Assembly: GCA_016181325.1 (NCBI GenBank)
Contig: JACOZO010000002.1
Coordinates: 1 to 29,638, forward strand
Source: Candidatus Woesearchaeota archaeon
GTDB taxonomy: Archaea; Nanobdellota; Nanobdellia; Woesearchaeales; GW2011-AR4
Reading direction: 5' to 3'
Length of the DNA: 29,638 bases
The notes beneath the pieces are model-generated. The model was not told where the DNA came from and did no database searches. It was given only the letters and a program-made list of their open reading frames with translations. This document shows, one piece after another, positions 27,160-29,638 of this stretch. Made by a program: the position numbers and the translations under genes. Each line of letters begins with the position of its first letter. Position 1 is the first letter of the stretch.

Positions 27160-27253
27160 ATTCACGACAAAACTGAATATCATGGCTAAATCATAATTGA
27201 TTGCGACATAAACTCAAATCTAGAAAAAATAAATAAATTAAAAATAAACAAAA

Positions 27254-28531
27254 TCAAAGGTCATTCACAGTCAGGATGCTGATCTTGCTCTCGTTCGGCT
27301 TGATCTTCGATTCCATCCCGACAAGGAACTTGACATTCGAGCCCTCGGAAGAGTCTAATATAGTCTTGTCGACAAGGCCGTCCATCACAACGGCATAGGC
27401 ATTGCTCAAGTTCTTCAATGCGCTCTGCAGCTCGCTTATTGGGACTTTTCCAAGCACGCTGTACTGCGAATCCACTACCTGGGCGCCCCTTGTGCCTATC
27501 AGGTCTTCAAGCATCTTCTTGAATGTCTTTTTCTGCTCTTCAGTCAGATGCGCGTGCATAACCGGCCTCGGAGCCGGCGGACTGTGGCCGAAACTGTGCG
27601 GCCTTGGGCCACTGCCCATATTCTGGTGCATGGGTCTCCTGAAAGGTTGCTGCTGCGGCCTCCTGACAACAAAGTTCTGCGACAGCTTCTCAACATCCTT
27701 TGAAAGCTCAAGCTTTGCCTGCTCGCCTGAAATCCTGCTCCTCAATGCCTTGTGGATCTCTTTCTTTGTTATTTCTTCCACTTCTTTTCCGTCAGGAGCC
27801 CTTGTAACATAATCTATGTCTGCTACGTTGGTTATCTCTTTCACTATGAGATTGCCGCCCCTGTCGCCGTCCACAAATGCTGTTATGACTTTCTGCCTGG
27901 ACAGCTCAATTATAGTTTCTGGAACAGAAGTGCCGTTCATGGCTATAGCATTCTTGAAACCGTGCTTCAATAAGTTCAATACATCAGCACGCCCTTCTAC
28001 AATGATAACTTCATCGCTCTCATCTATTGCAGGGCCCGCCGGCAGCCTGTCTTTGCCATACTCTGCTATTTCCATGACCCTGACAGCAGACGCCACTTCA
28101 TCAGTCAATTCCTGGGAATCCGGAATGACGGTGCCCATCATGTTCTTAAGAAGCTCTTTGGCGCGCTCAATGACCATATTCCTTTTGCTCACACGGACAT
28201 CCTCTATGCCGGTTACCTGCATCCTGGCATTGCACGGCCCTATCCTCTGGATTATCTCCAAGGCAGCGCCTATGATTGAAGTCTCTGCCTTGTCAAGTGA
28301 AGATGGCAGCAGTATGTTGCCGCCGGTCTTTCCATTCCTTGTTTCCGTGTTGACCTCTATCCTGCCTATCCTGCCGCTTTTCTGCAGCTCCCTGAGCTCC
28401 AATTCAGAGCCAAGGAGGCCTTCTGTCTGGCCGAAAATAGCGCCAATTATGTCTGGCCTGTCAACAACCCCTTCAATGTCAATATTCGTATGAATAATAT
28501 ATTTTGCCGTTACTGGACTGATTTTACCCAT
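27254..28531 (-). CDS. dnaG: Archaeal DnaG-type TOPRIM protein (DNA primase DnaG / exosome-associated); start 28531 preferred, ORF open from 28558
   Basis: MGKISPVTAKY, GAIFGQTEGLLG.EL.LRELQKSGRIGRI, IIVEGRADV and FVDGDRGG. GGGGGT RBS upstream of ATG 28531. Confidence 0.96.
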   Translation of the reverse strand: MGKISPVTAKYIIHTNIDIEGVVDRPDIIGAIFGQTEGLLGSELELRELQKSGRIGRIEVNTETRNGKTGGNILLPSSLDKAETSIIGAALEIIQRIGPCNARMQVTGIEDVRVSKRNMVIERAKELLKNMMGTVIPDSQELTDEVASAVRVMEIAEYGKDRLPAGPAIDESDEVIIVEGRADVLNLLKHGFKNAIAMNGTSVPETIIELSRQKVITAFVDGDRGGNLIVKEITNVADIDYVTRAPDGKEVEEITKKEIHKALRSRISGEQAKLELSKDVEKLSQNFVVRRPQQQPFRRPMHQNMGSGPRPHSFGHSPPAPRPVMHAHLTEEQKKTFKKMLEDLIGTRGAQVVDSQYSVLGKVPISELQSALKNLSNAYAVVMDGLVDKTILDSSEGSNVKFLVGMESKIKPNESKISILTVNDL

Positions 28532-28766
28532 TCTAACTACCCCCGTAGAAGGAGCCATAACTTAATCCACCCGGCTCATTGGCCAAAGTGATGAAAGTCA
28601 TCAACTCCTGCTTGCTGTTTGATATCTTTTTAAGACCTATTAGAACTCAACTTTTCAAATATGCATTACTATAATATACCTGAATCTTTATCTCTTATCT
28701 TTAACCATAAGGGATAATGATGAATATTCAATTAATTTGAGTTCTAATGACTTAAGTGATTTATGT

Positions 28767-28899
28767 AGCCCGTTACACTAACTCCCAAGCTCATTGCCTG
28801 CCGCGCAAAAATCATTGATTTCTGGCGCCCTTTTGGGGTTTTAGCGTAAGCTCCGTTGAGTACTCTCGTGACGGGCTTATTCCTAGGTAGGCTAGCCTA
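28767..28899. repeat. GC-richer structured island closed by a 10-bp IR, followed by a perfect 12-bp palindrome
   Basis: agcccgttac (28767-28776) / gtgacgggct (28868-28877); internal aaatc-att-gattt hairpin; taggctagccta (28888-28899). Confidence 0.6.
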
Positions 28900-29289
28900 T
28901 TATTTAAATGTTTGTTTTTACCAATAACAATACTTTTAATCCAATATTTATAATATCTTCAATATAGAATAAAATAAATTTCTATCTATTTTTAATTCTT
29001 TTCTATAATGAAAATTATATTTTTATTGATTTTTCTGCTGATTGTAGTTTAATCCAGAATTATCTTGTCTTATTGAGCATAAAACCATGGCAAGATCCCG
29101 AAGGACCCTGCCATGGAAAAAGAGGTGATATTGATTATCTAATTTCCGACGATTCGGCCTGAAAACATCGGTATGTGACTTATGTTACTATTAGATAGTA
29201 GGTTTAGTATTTAAATTTTTCCCCTGTTTTTATTATAAAGTGGTGATTAATGATAAAAATTAAAAATATCGGGATAAATCACCGGATTC

Positions 29290-29638
29290 ATGGCAGTAAA
29301 AGGAGATTCATCGGCAATACAAGCGGGCAGTGAAACCGAGGGGCAACAGCTTGTAATGGCCATTAGAACTTTAGATGAAATCGTATTTGAGGGTCTGACA
29401 CGCCCTCAGGGATTCCCTGATGCAGAACATTTGCATTGGAACAGGGAGCAGGTCGAGATGGCATTGCTGGAAAGGAAATATCCGGATGGAAAAAGCTTGC
29501 TCGCATTCATAGCTGAATCCGGCAAAGAAAATGGAAGATCCCGCATAGGCACAATGCCCATTTCTGAATGGTATGATTTCATAAGGGCATATGACCGGGT
29601 TCCTGCTTCAATAAATGAAACCTTAAGAAATTTAACAG
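29290..29638 (+). CDS. Hypothetical protein, 5' portion; runs off the window end
   Basis: Manual translation MAVKGDSSAIQAGSETEGQQLVMAIRTLDEIVFEGLTRPQGFPDAEHLHWNREQVEMALLERKYPDG..., open for 116 codons to the window edge. Start uncertain. Confidence 0.7.
   Translation, partial: MAVKGDSSAIQAGSETEGQQLVMAIRTLDEIVFEGLTRPQGFPDAEHLHWNREQVEMALLERKYPDGKSLLAFIAESGKENGRSRIGTMPISEWYDFIRAYDRVPASINETLRNLT

Noticed and set aside
27560-27670. Pro/Gln/Arg-rich low-complexity stretch in DnaG
   Set aside because: A variable disordered linker between the TOPRIM and C-terminal domains is ordinary for archaeal DnaG.

Overview
Archaeal genomic window; gene content and style suggest a DPANN/Woesearchaeota-like organism (inference, not provable here). 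Left end, minus strand: leuS (5' part, runs off the window), an Sfm1-like SPOUT methyltransferase, rpoN, a parvulin PPIase, tRNA-Pro(CGG) with a T-loop intron, and an AT-rich orphan gene. Centre, plus strand: an AbrB/PhoU-type regulator broken by a 43-bp tandem duplication, then an A-type (A1Ao) ATP synthase operon H-I-K-E-C-F-A-B-...-D. A complete six-gene hyfBCEFGI-like (Ehr, energy-converting-hydrogenase-related) cluster sits inside this operon, tightly between atpB and atpD. The standout observation is that this complex has no visible redox cofactor site. The large subunit lacks the Ni-binding cysteines, as expected for Ehr. The small subunit has all four [4Fe-4S]-ligating cysteines replaced (D, T, D, N), there is no ferredoxin subunit, and the membrane arm keeps its ion-translocation residues. 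Right end: small membrane genes, an mgtC-like gene, a HerA/DUF87-like ATPase with a LAGLIDADG intein in its Walker A motif, a frameshifted membrane-anchored thioredoxin-like gene, archaeal dnaG, and a partial hypothetical gene. Most intergenic spacers carry related REP/MITE-like hairpin elements. All alignments and motif comparisons were done by eye; no database searches were run.
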